Source: Mytilus trossulus (Eukaryota). From it: a stretch of 64,000 nt of DNA. The notes beneath the pieces were generated by a model. That model had not been told where the DNA came from. It saw only the letters and a list, made by a program, of their open reading frames with translations, and ran no database searches. Within the stretch, counting starts at the first letter, position 1; every line of letters begins with the position of its first letter. The position numbers were made by a program, and so were the translations under genes. The DNA lies in the NCBI RefSeq assembly GCF_036588685.1, contig NC_086384.1, forward strand, positions 41,602,001 through 41,666,000, given 5' to 3'. Shown one piece after another: positions 13,901 to 27,899 of the stretch.

Positions 13901-16900
13901 TACATGTTAATACAATATATGAATTCAAAACAACAAAACAAAAATAAACATGTGAATAATCAACTGATAAAATTATGATTGTATATGTGCCCTAGCTGCT
14001 TGAAATTCGGTTGTGTCAGACACTAAAAGCTACATTATGACCAAAAAGATCTCTACTTCAAAAGTTTATTGCAACCGTTTAATGTGCATTGCTTGATAAC
14101 ATCAGCACAATAGATAGCAGACCTTTTGAAGACATGAAAAATCAAAAGTAAAAAAATAGGCATCTCTGTTTCTCATGTCTTATGTCATGTCATGGCATAT
14201 GTCATGTATGTTATGTCACATGTCATGAAATATGCCATGTCACATGTCATGTTATGTGTCAGGTCACATGTCATGAAATATGTCATGTCATATAACATGT
14301 CATAATGTTATATGCCATGCCATAATATATCACTTATCATGTCATATGTCATGTCATATTATCCATGTGTGAATATCTCACAATTCTAGTTAAATTTAAC
14401 TGTATGAGGGTTATTTTGAATAGCCCTAAAATAATAATTTTCATATTTCATACTTCATTATCTAAAAAGGAGTGACATAGACATAGACATACAATGCATA
14501 ATATTTAGAATAATATTTTTTTTAGAGCTTGTGACTGGAAATGGTGAAAATGAAGAAGACAACAATTCTGAAGCTTGTTCTGCAATAAGTAATACAGGTA
14601 TGATTTTTAAATGGTGTTTTTTAAACATTTAACACACAATGTTATAATTTAAGCTTTATGAAGACTTTTGAGAAGGAAATAATTAATACCAATAGTTGTT
14701 GGGATGTGAACTTGGCAATTGCAAATCTAGATTTAGATTTGGCTTTTGATCATGCTAATGTATTGAACATTTCTGCCATTTTCAGTTTATCTTTATTAGT
14801 CCCCTACCAACAAAGTTTAAGTGGACTTTAGGGTTTGCACTCTGTCCGTCTGTCTGGCAAATCAGCTTTCCACACTTTTTTGTCATGCTTGATGGTCTCT
14901 TGTTTGAATTGTTTTACTCTGGTCACTGACTATGGGGTATGCACTTTGCTCATTATTGAAGACAATTACAACCAAAACCAAGGAGATAATACAAACTCAA
15001 AAAACCAAAAGAAATTAACAACAACAATAAAAAATAAGAAATAAGAAATAACTCCACTGAAAAACAGGAGTGAAATTAGGTGTTCCGGAAGGCTGTACAG
15101 TGACCTATGGTTGTTAATTTCTATGTCATTTTGAATCTTGTGAAGAGCTATCCCTTTGGCAATCACACCACATCTTCTTTTTTGAAGATATTGGTTAGAA
15201 ATTTGGTATATAATAATTAATATAACCATTACAAGTAGGAGATCAGGTGCTAGTTTAGTTCCCTTCTGATGATTTTTTGCTGAGTTGTGGCCCTTGAACT
15301 TAGAAATATCACATAAGTAATTTCTTTTCGGCCCTTTTTTCATCATGCTTGAAGGTAGACTTCACATTTGCCATATAGTTTAACCATGAAAAGTTATAGA
15401 AAAAGTTTGAATTGAGTTCCGGTCTGGTATATTTTTTTTGCAGAGTTATGGTCCTTGGACTGAAAAATTCACTCTGATGTTCTCAAATTGTTGGTTTTTC
15501 ACATTTTGTTTTTTGATCTTTTTTAATTGCTTAAAAACATTGACTTGAAATTTGGCATGTAGTTAAACCTTGACAAGTTACAGGTCAAATGTGAATTGTG
15601 TTTCTGTATGATGATTCTTTGCAGAGTTATGGTCATCAGACATAGAAAATTAATGCAAGAAATAAATTTTCCACTCTTTTTTTTTCATACTTAATAGTTT
15701 TGATTTGATATTTGGTTTATGGTCAAACCATTACAAGTTATAGATCAAGTTTAAATTTTGTTCTGATTTGATGATATTTTTCAGATTTATATGATCATTG
15801 TACTTAGAAAATCACACAATGAATCAATTTTCTGCACTTTTTTTTTAGTCATGCTCGACTACCGTTATATTGATTTGATATATGGTATATTTAGTTTTTT
15901 TACATGTATCAAGTTCGAATTTTGTTTTCGGGAACAATGCATTTTAACTAAAAGGGAACTATACTTATTGCCATGCAATACTCTCAGAATGCAGATAGAC
16001 TAAATTCCGTTAATGTAATAGATTTAAGGGTACTGTATTGTCATCAATAGGCAAAACTCTGAACTATTTTTAGAGTTTTATATGCCATAACATGACTTAA
16101 TAAAAAAAACAATTGAAATTGCCTAGTCTATACACATGATACAATAACATGTATGAAAAAACCAGCAGCCAGATTTATATATAACAAAAAACAATCAACA
16201 AAAAAATACAAATAAGAAACACATCAAGTCCATTAAACATAAATTGTGGAAATAAATCCATCAAACAATGATCATTGTGATGTCATATATATAGCATTAT
16301 TTATCAAAATCAGTATATTTTTTATTCTTTTTTACAGAATTTGCAGCTGATGGCAAACTTGAAGATATCATGATGGATACTGCAATGTCTATGGATTCAG
16401 GTATAATATCTGTTTACTAAAATTGCACTTTTTGTCTCTTTTTCATTTAAAAAAAACTATGCAATTTAGGTTTGTTTTTATTATACCCAACATACAAAGT
16501 TTTAGAGGGTAAATAGGAAGTACTCTGTCTATCTGTCCATATTTCCTGTAAGCACAAAACCTCAACAAAAGGATAGATACTGATGAAACTTTACACAGAT
16601 GCAATAAACAATCTGAGGATGTCCATGAAGAAAATAATCCTGGTCAGAAATATTTCAAGGGAAATAATTAAACATACTTAGTTTAATATTACAATATGTG
16701 GCAACATATCTCATATGTGCAACTCATCCATAATGGCTTAATTCATATTTACACATTTGCAGTACACTACCTGAGAATGTGCACGAAAAAAAAAAATCCT
16801 GGTCTGAAATATTTAAGGGAGATAATTGAATGCACTTCTTTTAATATTGCAATATGTGGCAAGAGGTCTAAGTGTAACTTAAAAGCTTGATCAATATTGA

Positions 16901-19900
16901 TGAAACTTTACACAGTTAAATTATACAGCCTGGGAATGGGCATGAAGGAAATAAACTCCTGTCTGAATTTTGTCAAGGGAGATAATTGAACTAATTTAGT
17001 TTATTAAATATGGGATGTAGGGATATCCTTCAGTGAGTTGATTCTCAGTTCTATGTTATACTCTCAGAATGCTAAATACTATTAACACAGGTGTGTGTAC
17101 TCTTGTGACATTTGTTCTTGTCACTAGTCAAATTTTACCTCAATTTTGTCACCAATAAAAACATTCTGGCACTCATACCACATCTTATTTATAATATATA
17201 TATGTACTATAATTATACCCACGCTTTAAAAAATTGGGGGTATACCTCTGTCTGTCAGTCAGTCCCTCCGTCCGTCCTTCCGTCCCATAAATATTTTTCG
17301 TTGCATTTTTTTGAGGAACTACATTACAAGGATTTCTGAAATTTGGTTTCAAGGTTTATATGAGGGAGCTATACTTCATTTTCAGATGCATCACTCAACA
17401 ACATCCTGTTTACCGAAATTTTCTTCGCATTTTCTCAGAATGTACATATCACAGCTTTCTGAAATTTCGTTTTGAGGTTTATATTTATAAGTGAGCTATA
17501 CTGTGTGATGCATTTTAAGATTCATCACACAACAACTTCCTGTTTACCGAAGACTTATATATTTTAACACATAATAGCAAAGTTGTAAATTTTCGTCACA
17601 ATTTTCTCAGGAAGTACAGATCACATCTTTCTGAAATTTGGTTTCAAGGTTTATATGAGTGAGCTATACTGTGTGATGTGTTTTCAGATTCATCAATCAA
17701 CAACTTCCTGTTTACTGAACACTTACATACATCTATTTTAACACATAATACCAAAGTTGTAAATTTTCGTCACATTTTTCTCAGGAACTCCAGATCACAC
17801 CTTTCTGAAATTTATTATCAAGGTTTATATAAGGAAGCTATACCATGTGATGTGTGTTAAGATTCATCACTCAACAACTTCCTGTTTATCAAACACTTGC
17901 AAATTTTTACATATATACATGTAATAGCCAAGTTATAAATTTTCATTGCATTTTTCTCAGAAACTACATGTCAAGGCTTTCTGCAACTTGGTATCAAGGT
18001 TTAAATTAAAATTTTGCAAGCTTTACCCAGTGATAAGTTTTTAGATTCGACACTTAACAACTTCCTGTTTACCCTTTTCTTTTAGCGGGGGTATCATTAG
18101 TGAGCATATGCATTAGCTCACAGATTCACTTGTTTATAAAGCTATGTTTAACCATTATTACGTACACAGAAACGAAAACAAATCATTTTTCTATCCATCA
18201 AGGACCACAAAGAAGCAGCAAATTAAAGTAAAAATTGTACATATTAAACTTAACCTCAATTTTGTCATTAAAAATAATAAACAAAAAAAATAACATGAAC
18301 CAAATAATTGCTTGATAGCTATAGGTTCTTAATTATCCTATTTACATATTATTTAATAATAGTGCCTATTGCTTTTGAGGCCACTACATTCAAGTTCAAG
18401 GTTAATGTTGTGATAAATAAATGAACTGAAATTTGTATAGAAATGATTTTCAGATGCAATGTACATGTATGTGTGAGAAATGAATTTCATAAAATCGTTT
18501 TATTTTTCAGAACCTGATTTGTTTTCATCACAGACAATATCACAGGCAACAGCAACATCAAGTTGGTCCAGAGATGAGAGGTCACAGAAAGAAATATTTA
18601 ACTGGGCAATGGAAGTTATGTCTAATGGGCAGTACCCAACTCTTAAATCTCAAGCATCTATTAAATTTGAAGAGCTACAGTATTCTACTAAAATGTACTA
18701 TATAAGGCAAGCACGTTCAGCATTTGAAATAGTGTGTGAAAACATTGCTCCATCCCAAGGTTTAGAACTGATGACACAAGTATGCCATAGCATGAAATTG
18801 AAGACCTCAGAATCAAAGCAAAAAGATGCATTAACTGAGACTATCATATCAGCTTACAACAAGGCAGAAGATCACACTACCAAAGTCCAGGTTTTGTCTT
18901 TGATTGTGGAGAAGTATTCAAAATCTGAACTGTTATCCTTCATTCAAGGATTGACTATATATAAAATTGATGCAGCAAGAAAATATGCAGCAACTCATGG
19001 ACCAGGACAATATGTAACTCCACCAAAGATAACACGCATACGCTTGCCAAAACAGAAAATCCATCATTTCATTGAATTTATTTCTTCCCCATGCTACCTT
19101 CAAATTGTTGGATTTGGATCAAGACATCTAAAACTGTCATCAGGCTTGGTTGTTAAAGTACCAAAAGTAATAAGAACCATGATTGCATCACGACTCATCA
19201 ATGCTTATACCAACTACTGCAAGGAGAACTCCATCATTCCACCATGTAGAGCAACTCAGTTCAAGATCATAAAAGCTTGTGCTGCCTCACAATTAAAATC
19301 CCTACATGGACTAGACAACTACATTAGTGATGGCATGGATAGTATTGATACTTTAAAGAAAGTGGTATCAACTCTTGGCACAAATGGTATGATAACAAGT
19401 AAAGTAGATGATCTGAATGAAAGTTTAGACACCTTAAAATTACATCTAAAGAATGAATTTCAAAATCACCTGTCATCAGAAAGTGATTGCAATGAACATT
19501 GCATTCACTTAGCATTATCAGAAAAGGGTTGTGAACATGTGCACACAACAACATGTCAACCTTGCAGTAGGATGTACCAAATTAAAGATGAACTTCAAAA
19601 CCTCATGACCTCAAATTTCCCAGACATAAACTCAAAAGAAAAAGAGGAATTTGAACATGACATCTCAGTGTCAACAGAAAAAATTTGGGCATGGAGGGAT
19701 CATTTAATCAGAACAGTGAATCAAGACTCCTGCAAAAAGGACCTACTTCAAAACCTACAATCACATGAAGTATTGATTATTGCTGATTGGGCCATGAAAT
19801 ATATTCCACAAACTTTCCGAGAAACTCAGAGTGAATGGTTTGGGAAACAAGGTATCAGTTGGCACATGATCTGTGCCCTTGTCAGAAAACCACAATCTGA

Positions 19901-21862
19901 GAATGATAGCAATGATGAAGATGATAAGAACTATGACATATATTCAATGGTACACATTGTAGAAGAACAAAAGCAGGGTTGGCACATAGTATCTCAGATT
20001 TTCAGTAGTGCATTTAAAATGCTGAAGTCCATTCATCCACACCTAAGAGATGTTTACATCAGGTCTGATAATGCTGGGTGTTACCATGCCTTACCATTGC
20101 TGTCTTATCTATGGAAATTTCGTAATGATTTGTCATTGAATGTAAAGCAATACAATTTCAGTGAAGCCCAGTCAGGCAAAGATCTATGTGACTCAAGGAC
20201 AGGAACTTGTAGGCTTCATATGCTGAATTTCATAAATGAAGGTAATGACATCACCAATGGTATGGAGATGAAACAAGCTCTTGAAAGTCATGGAGGTATA
20301 AGAAATACATACATTTCCGTGGTGACAGTAGCATCTGAAACACAACCAGTTTTGTATGGACAGATAAAGAACCTACAGATTTCAAAATTCAACAATTTCA
20401 GCTTTGAAGATGAAGGCATGATAGCATACAAGGCTTATGGTATTGAAGGTGAACTTGTAAAAGCAACAGATATGACAAGAATATCCAACAAGTTGATGAT
20501 ATTTGATACTAATTTGGTAAGAATTTATTGCTCAATTTATAATACATTTGAAAATTAATATAATTAAAAGAATTGAAAATAAAGGGATATGGAGTATAAA
20601 TGTACATGGGACAAAATCACACAATACATAGAAAAATGCAAATTGTCAATGAACAGGGCTTATATTCATGTTTTTCAACTTGACAGTTGCTAGAGGGTCT
20701 TTTAAAATGAATGTGCAACAGTAATTACAAAAATACTGATCATGATTCTACCACTTTTTGCCATGCTTACTCTATACATGTACAATGTATGCGATGATAA
20801 TGTCACCAGTTCATATAAAAGATTAAAAAAATATATTTCTAAAAGCATGCTTCATTAATGGAGTAAGACCATATACATAATATACATAACTTATGTTGGT
20901 AATGAAAAATGTAAAATAACGATAATATACCTACACACATGTAGGATGTTGAAATTTAAGAGTTATGCACTGTTAATGATTTTGTTCAGTTTGATGGTCT
21001 AGTACAGAGATGAGTGTTTCATCTAAGGACAACTTTAAAATGAATTGCAAAAATCAATTAAAAGGGATGTATTATATGTTCTTAGTGTTATCAAAAAAAG
21101 AATACTCTTAAAGTTCTCATCATGATGTAAAAATTACTTATAGCATGTTAATATTTTTTACAGACAATTGGAGATCCAAAACAACCAGAAGAAAAACCAG
21201 CTTCCAAAAAAGCTATTAAGCAGAATTCTACTTTCCCATGCTTTGAACCAGATTGCCTTTTAGTATTCAAGAAAGAAGACCAATTAATAACACACATTTC
21301 CATTGGTAAACATGTATTTGACAATGAAAAAATTGATAATATTTCCGATACATGTAAAAGGCTATGGTATTCTAAATGTCAGGATATTAGATTTTTAAAT
21401 AAACCTTTGATGTCTACTGTTGGGTCAGAACAAATGCAAGTTCAAACTAATAACAATTACATTCAGGCTCCTGGTTATGCATTGAAAAAGAGGAAAAAGG
21501 CAGTCAGATTTTCACCCAAAGTGAAGGAGTATTTGATTGTGTTATTCAATGTTGGGGAAGAGTCGGGGAAAAAACCTAGTCCATATACAGTTTCCAAACA
21601 AATGAGAAACGAGACAGATTTGCAAGGAGATAGAATATTCTCACCATCTGAGTGGCTTTCCCATCAGCAAATTAGAAGTTTCTTTGGAAACCTGTGCATG
21701 AAAAAACAGACAGTGGACAAATCTAAAGATAAATCTGTCAAGCTTGTCAAAATTGAAGATAACCAAGAAGATGATGAAGACCTTCAAAATGTTCTTAGCA
21801 GTTTAGAGGCAAATGAACACAATACTATTTTGTCTGAAATTGTTTCTGTATTGACTGTTTAG
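10947..21862 (+). CDS. Sola3-like transposase, ~1115 aa, 7 exons (10947-11310, 13081-13155, 13797-13865, 14526-14597, 16338-16400, 18511-20516, 21164-21862)
   Basis: All introns GT-AG with compatible phases; total 3348 nt with no internal stop seen. Catalytic motifs IIADWAMKY..RETQSEWFGKQGISWH, RSDNAGCYH, SEAQSGKDLCD. Cys/His-rich N-terminus, C2H2 finger (CFEPDC...HISIGKH) and a homeodomain-like C-terminus. Family assignment is from recalled motif pattern plus the TTAA TSD. Confidence 0.8.
11576..11681. repeat. Near-perfect palindrome with ~48-bp arms
   Basis: GAGATTACTTTGACGTCCAACGGCTGTTTTGCCAGACAAGCTGGGGCC ... GGCCCAAGCTTGTCTGGCAAAATAGCCGTTGGATGTCAGAGTAATCTC. Confidence 0.9.
11716..12370. 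mobile_element. Probable non-autonomous (Crypton-like?) element in transposase intron 1
   Basis: Internal inverted repeat TAGATTATTACATGGCA...TGCCATGTAATAATCTA and a GC-richer distal block. Resemblance to Crypton-type non-autonomous repeats is from memory only. Confidence 0.3.
14175..14362. repeat. Degenerate (TGTCA)n pentanucleotide satellite
   Basis: Repeated TGTCA/TATGT units. Confidence 0.8.
14793..15995 (+). mobile_element. Degenerate Helentron/HINE (DINE-1-like) element
   Basis: 5' TTATTAGTCCCCT..GGACT hairpin, (GTCC/GTCT)n microsatellite, decayed internal tandem units, and a 3' GGGAACTA plus small hairpin. Confidence 0.5.
16481..17056 (+). mobile_element. Degenerate Helentron/HINE-like element
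   Basis: TTATACCC start, CTGTCTATCTGTCC, ~3 internal repeats (GATGAAACTTTACACAG...AAGGGAGATAATT), 3' GGGATATCC plus TGAG..CTCA hairpin. Confidence 0.5.
17213..18135 (+). mobile_element. Helentron/HINE (DINE-1-like) element with ~173-bp internal tandem repeats
   Basis: 5' TTATACCC with inverted GGGTATA, (GTCC)n microsatellite, ~5 units containing TTCTGAAATTTGGTTTCAAGGTTTAT, 3' GGGGGTATC plus TGAGC...GCTCA hairpin, ending in TT. Confidence 0.7.
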
Positions 21863-24617
21863 GTTATTGACCATACATGTACCTTTGAAATTGTTTTCAT
21901 CATCATTGACCTGTTAATTGAGAATTATTTTAACAATTGATATGAGATATATTACATTGAAATTTAAGTAAACTCTTAGACTGTTCGGAAAAAAAACATT
22001 TTTGGAAGAGTTATGGAACTTTGGCCATACTATATTAATTATAATACAACCATGACACCTTGATTCTTATCAATTATGACAATAGTAATGAATACCTCTA
22101 AATATCATATATTTATGCATCCAAAGATAAACATAAGATACTAGATTGTACATCAATTTAAAAAGTTGTTTTAAATAAGTGAGTACAGTTTGATACATTA
22201 ATCTTTTCTAGTTTTGTATTATGATATAAGGTTCAAAGAAAAAAAAAGAGTTTAAAACTTCCAAAAATGTAATGACAAGTCTTCATAACATACTGATAAT
22301 TTTGTTGTAAAATGAACATTATTAATTGATACTGATTAATTTAATGTTTTACTCTCTTGTGTAACTTTATTACCCTTTAAATATAAATTTGACGATTTTT
22401 TTACACCTGTTTTTTCACCTCGTCCATTGATCAATGCAGATGATCCATCACAACTTTGGATCTAAATGTTCAGCATGTCAGACATTTATCAGACTATCTG
22501 CAAGTGTGTACTGTACTCACACAAATAATTGATTTTGTAATTGTAATTTTATCAACAGCAATAAAATGTGTTGCAAACGTCATTTTTTTTTTACCAATCA
22601 GATACACACTTTATGTCCGCAAAACTTTGATTTTTTTAATATGTTAAATTTAAAAAAGAATTTTTTTGGTCAATATTTTATAAAGCTGACTTCAATTTAA
22701 TCATATAACACTTTGTTAAGACTTAATAACCTTTCAGAGTCTGTCAGAAAGGCAAAAAAAAAATATTACCGTGGCCAGTTCAAGCCTCCCCTTATGTTTA
22801 GCTAAGCTTCTCATTATTTTTCCATTAACTAAATCTTTTTAACTTAAAAGTACCTTCTTTTAAACATGTTTGAGTTTGGAATCTGTTTAATTCAGCTCTT
22901 AATTTAAAATGCATTATTGTTTAGGTATATATATCAGAATTTTCACTATGTATTGTCAAAATGCCTAAAAAAGGGGGGGGGGGCTTTTGCTTATATCATA
23001 ATTTCTCTAAAATTAATTTGCAACAAAATTCCATTCATTACAGTTTAAATCTTTAGAAATGGAATGCTTATGAAAAAAAAATAGATCATTTAAAGCGTTT
23101 TTTGGGACACAGTGCCTGTTTTTGTGTTTTTAGCTAAAAAAGTCATATTTATTAACAATTATGCATTTTCCTCGCCTGTCTTTTTTCTTTATACTATTAT
23201 GTTTTATGAAATTGTGCTATTTATACTTCATAAACATGCTTTGGGTGTTATAAATGTATTTAAACTTCCAGAAGTGTTATTGTATTTTTTTTAATTAAAG
23301 AAATCAATGAAATAGGTGCATTTGATGAAGTGGATCTGTTAATGAGCTTGGTAAAATCCATTGTCCATCCCGTTACCATGGTAACCATTGACCTAGGGAC
23401 ATCAAACTATCATGACTTTCATATGAGGTCAACTTGATCATTTAAGCAAAGTTTCATCAAAATCTAACAACCTTGCATGGATAGCCATCTGCATGGTTTT
23501 CTCATAGACAGCCATTTAATAAAATATGCTTCCAACGTTCCGTCAAATTGTCATGATTGCAGTTTTCACAGACGATTTGGAATACGACTATTTTATTTTG
23601 TTGCTTAATAAGAAAACTTTAAAATTAACTTTTTATTTTGAAGCTCTACCGATTCACAAAGAAGGCCGGGTGGGGAGACTCGGAGATTTCCTGGCGGAAC
23701 TGAAGTGTTTGCCGGACTATAATAGTCGGATCCGCTAGAATACAAATTAATAGAAAAAAACAGCTATAATAATCGTTCCCGCTAATTCCCTTGCATATAT
23801 TCAAGTTGTGCAGAACTGCCATGCTAGATATGCCGCAGTCCCTTTGCCTTGACATTATGGAGTGCAAAAATGAATGCATTTGCAATGCAAAGTGTATCCA
23901 TAAAAACAGAAATCGATTGCCCGTATACTTAAAATGTATAATTTAATGGTTTTAATTCAACTTACTTTTTTTATTTTTTATTTGTTAATTAAACTAAAGC
24001 TTAACATCTTTTATCTTAGAATAAAATTCCTTCTTAGGAAAAAAATCAATCCTTTATAATTTATTGTAAAAAGCCATCTGAACAACATGCATTCTAATAT
24101 TTTTATTTTGTCTTACGTCTTTGAGTGTGTAACGTTAGGTGACACCAGTATCGTGCGACGTTTCATAGTATTTTTTTATTTTTATTTTTGTCGATCTGTT
24201 GAGCTGAGCCTTGTTTTGATTCATTTTCACAGTTTGGTCTTATGTTTGCTGATACATAACATTGTCGAGTTGGGGAATGGTTGAGCTTGCAAATCTGCTA
24301 AAGCCCACCACAAATGGTATTTATACGACTGCAGAAAGCCCAGGGATTTTTTGTAGCACCGAAAGCTTCGTTGAACATATCTATAATAATATATGTAGGT
24401 GTTTTTCTATGTTCGTAAATTGGCCGATAGCTTTTCATCAGTATATTAATCCTACTTACAGTCAATGATATGTCTTGCTTGAAAATTTATTTGTTTATTT
24501 GTCATTTACAGGTACCAACGAACCGTTAATTGTCTGGGTTCCTGTCACAAAATTATCGAGCTTTTACTTGAAGTGAAGCTTCCGAAAAGTATTAACTAGG
24601 AAACCAGGCTATTTACA

Positions 24618-25319
24618 ATGCCACAATCAATGAATAAAAAGGTGCGTTTGGATTTAAGACTAGCAGCACCAGCTAGGAAAGACTCTTTTCGAGGAAACAT
24701 CTTCGATCTTTGTGCCGAGACAAGAAAGAGAGCCTTGCGAATGAACGAAGGACAGGACAATCGTTTGCACGAAAAGCGAAATATCATAGAAAGACATAAA
24801 CGTGAAAAGTATATAAAAGATGTCAAAGAAATTAGAAAAATAGACACATCAGTGAAAAATTTATTCATCTACAAACAAGCTCTCGAAAATTACAAATATG
24901 ACAAACTAGTGATCGTTAAACATGGTTTTCTGAACGATATTAGGCCTGAAAGAAAAAGAATGAACACTGAAACTAAATTTCTGCATTCTGGATTTTCCGT
25001 GAATTTATTGAAACCGGAAATAGATATTTTATCAGAAGAACTTGATCCAAGAAATATTCGGATGCATAAAATGCATCAACAGTATGTGATATCAAAAGCG
25101 CGAAGTGATATATCACTAAGTAGGACTGGAACTTTTTCTGCTTTAATTAGAGATTACAAACACCGAAGTGTAGAAGCAATAGAATTCCCAAACCATAACT
25201 TTAAAGCCCATCAGCATAAAACAGTTTACAAACACAAAAATGTAGAAGCAAAAGATTTCCCCACGGTCGAACTACAAAAGTCATCAAATGTATTAAAACT
25301 TCCAAAGATACAGAAATAA
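24618..25319 (+). CDS. Uncharacterised 233-aa basic, partly coiled-coil protein
   Basis: Long ORF in AT-rich DNA with an ACAATGC start context, an upstream acceptor TTTACAG at ~24511, and AATAAA signals immediately after the stop. No recognisable domain. Confidence 0.6.
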   Translation: MPQSMNKKVRLDLRLAAPARKDSFRGNIFDLCAETRKRALRMNEGQDNRLHEKRNIIERHKREKYIKDVKEIRKIDTSVKNLFIYKQALENYKYDKLVIVKHGFLNDIRPERKRMNTETKFLHSGFSVNLLKPEIDILSEELDPRNIRMHKMHQQYVISKARSDISLSRTGTFSALIRDYKHRSVEAIEFPNHNFKAHQHKTVYKHKNVEAKDFPTVELQKSSNVLKLPKIQK

Positions 25320-25471
25320 ATGAAATAAGTAAATGTGTTTCAGTGAGCGGAAATAAAACGGTGATTTCATTATTTGTAGAAAACTGAGATACAGTATGTA
25401 AAAATATATATCTTCAATAATGCAAATATTAACTGACGATTTATTGCAATATTAAAACAAACAAATGAGAT

Positions 25472-25475
<4 letters not shown>

Positions 25476-25532
<57 letters not shown>
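25476..25532. repeat. (GA)n microsatellite
   Basis: ~28 GA units. Confidence 0.95.
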
Positions 25533-25536
<4 letters not shown>

Positions 25537-27899
25537 TAACAGGTGAAACGAAGCGACGGTTACGTGTGTGTGCATTTTTACTTATATATATTTAGCAATC
25601 ACTTTTATTAGAAACATCTTTGTATTTAAAATAAAATAAAACAACTAAATAGTTCTTGATGTTATTCGTTCGTTGATATTTGAGATAAAAGGAGGCCTTT
25701 ACCTCATTACCATTTATACCCTTGTGTACCCTTTTATATTACCACAAGTCAAACTTATACCACATTTGTAGGCCTCTTTTCAGTGATATTCAGATAGAAA
25801 TTCCCCTCAAATTGGTCACTTAGGCTTAAACTTCATGTGCGTTTTAACTTTTGATTTATTTTGATGGTGTGTGCGATTTAAACAATAAAGCGTTGTTCTT
25901 TCGCTTTGGTTTGTCAAGTGCATGCAATAATTTTCTGTCGTTTATAAATAAACAATATCCCATTATTTATGTATTTATCAAAAGAGCAAATCAAAGACGA
26001 TATTGTGATTTAATATCAATGATACCACAAATGACTTTTTGTCAATGAAGTGTTTAGAATATACATTCGATTTATTTCTCAATTGGAATTTCATCGAAGT
26101 GTTGGATTTTTCTTAAATACAATTTAAGGAGTCAAATAATGGCTCTTGTACTCTAGCGGCTCAGTCAAAACAATGACTCTTTTGATCCCTGTACCTAGTG
26201 TCAGCCATCTTTAATTAAGTGACCATTTTGAATGGGGTTTTTTCGTGGCTCCATATCTCAATTTTGTTTATACCCTTTTATCTTTCATTGTGCCAACTTT
26301 CATGCTGTAACCATACAGCAGTGATCAATTATTCTTATACCCGCTTAATTGACTGTTATAATAAATCCCCCTTACAGAATATTTATTCGAGAGTGTAATA
26401 GAACTTAAGTAAAATTGTGTGTTTGAGGGACCATACAATCTATGTGACATATGTAACATTATTACAGACTGTATGGGGATCTTGAAATAGGGGGTCGTCC
26501 TGAATATGCATGAAATATTTGCCACTGGACATTAAGCAACCAAAAATCAATGAAATAGGGGGAGGGGGTCTTCATTTCTTTACTCCTTGATATGTTGAGG
26601 CATTTTTTTTTTTATATCTTTCTAAAAAATACGCATAGTCTGAAAAATGCTCATGTAAATTATTTTACGATTATCTTTATTTGTCATTATTTTATTTCCT
26701 TTTTTTTTTTTGCAGACAGCTTATTTTTCGAATTAGTATTTTATTAACTTATTCAATTATTTTCCATAGTTAATCTTCATTCTTTATTAAAATCAGCTTT
26801 ATCTCTCATCTATTTTTTGTGGTCATTATTTTTTATTCTGTAAGCCCTCCAATTTTCTAAAGTAACAATTGTCATTATTGTCAAATATTCAGTGGTTGTT
26901 TTATATGCCACTTTTAAAAAAAAATCGATGCCATTGAGAGCTAACCATATTGTGTAGATGTCGTTTGATGAAAACTTGTATATAAAAAAAAGAAAGATAT
27001 GGTATGATTGCCAATAAGACAACTGTCCACAAGAGACCAAAATGACAGACATTAACAACTATAGGTCACCGTACGCTGACATCAAAAGGATTTCATTTCT
27101 CTATTTGTGTTGGAATTCCTTATCATTAAAGAAGACCGCACACTTCCTTTTATCCATGCTAACACTTATCGCTCCTTTAATTAACTTATACTGAAAGGCT
27201 ATCCTTTCAACACTGTAATAAGATCTTTAAATATTGTTTTATCGGTATAAATATTGATTTTGTTATCAGTAAATTTAAACCAAATTAAATATTATTATTA
27301 TACATATATGTCGATACCTATATATTGGCATTGCACAAGGTTATGTTTTATTCTGACTGTCAATGGCGTCTTGACACTAAATCAATTGGATTATAGTGGC
27401 GGATTCAGAACTTTTCATAAGGGGGGAGGTTTCAGTCATGCTTCATTGATTCCCTATATAATCAAACATTTTTTTCCTGCGGGCCCCCAGTCCCCCCCCC
27501 CCCCCCCCCCCCCCCCAGGATCCTTCTATGGATATTGGATGCGTTCTGAATGATATTTTAGTCTTAGACATTTGTTATTTTGTTAGGGTGTTTATGTGCT
27601 TTTTATCGTTTCTAATGAGATTATATATTTACATATATAAAATAAGATGTAATATGAATTCAAGAAGACAAATAACACGGGCATTAATAACTATAGGTCA
27701 CCGTATGGCCTTCAATAATGACGGGTATGGGATTTGCTCGTTATTGAATGTCGTACGGTGACATATCATACTTGTTATAAATTTCTATCCCATTTGGTTT
27801 ATGGTAGATAATTGTTTCATTTAGGTGCGGATCCAGCCATTTTGAAAAATGACTACCAAGTGAGCGGAGTGACTTTTGTCCGCGTGAAATGACTGATAT

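Larger units (their letters stand above)
10291..23515 (+). mobile_element. Complete Sola3-like DDD DNA transposon, 13.2 kb
   Basis: Perfect 26-bp TIRs ATGGCTGTCTATGAGAAAACCATGCA (10291-10316) and its reverse complement (23490-23515), TTAA on both flanks, and an internal multi-exon transposase. Confidence 0.85.
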
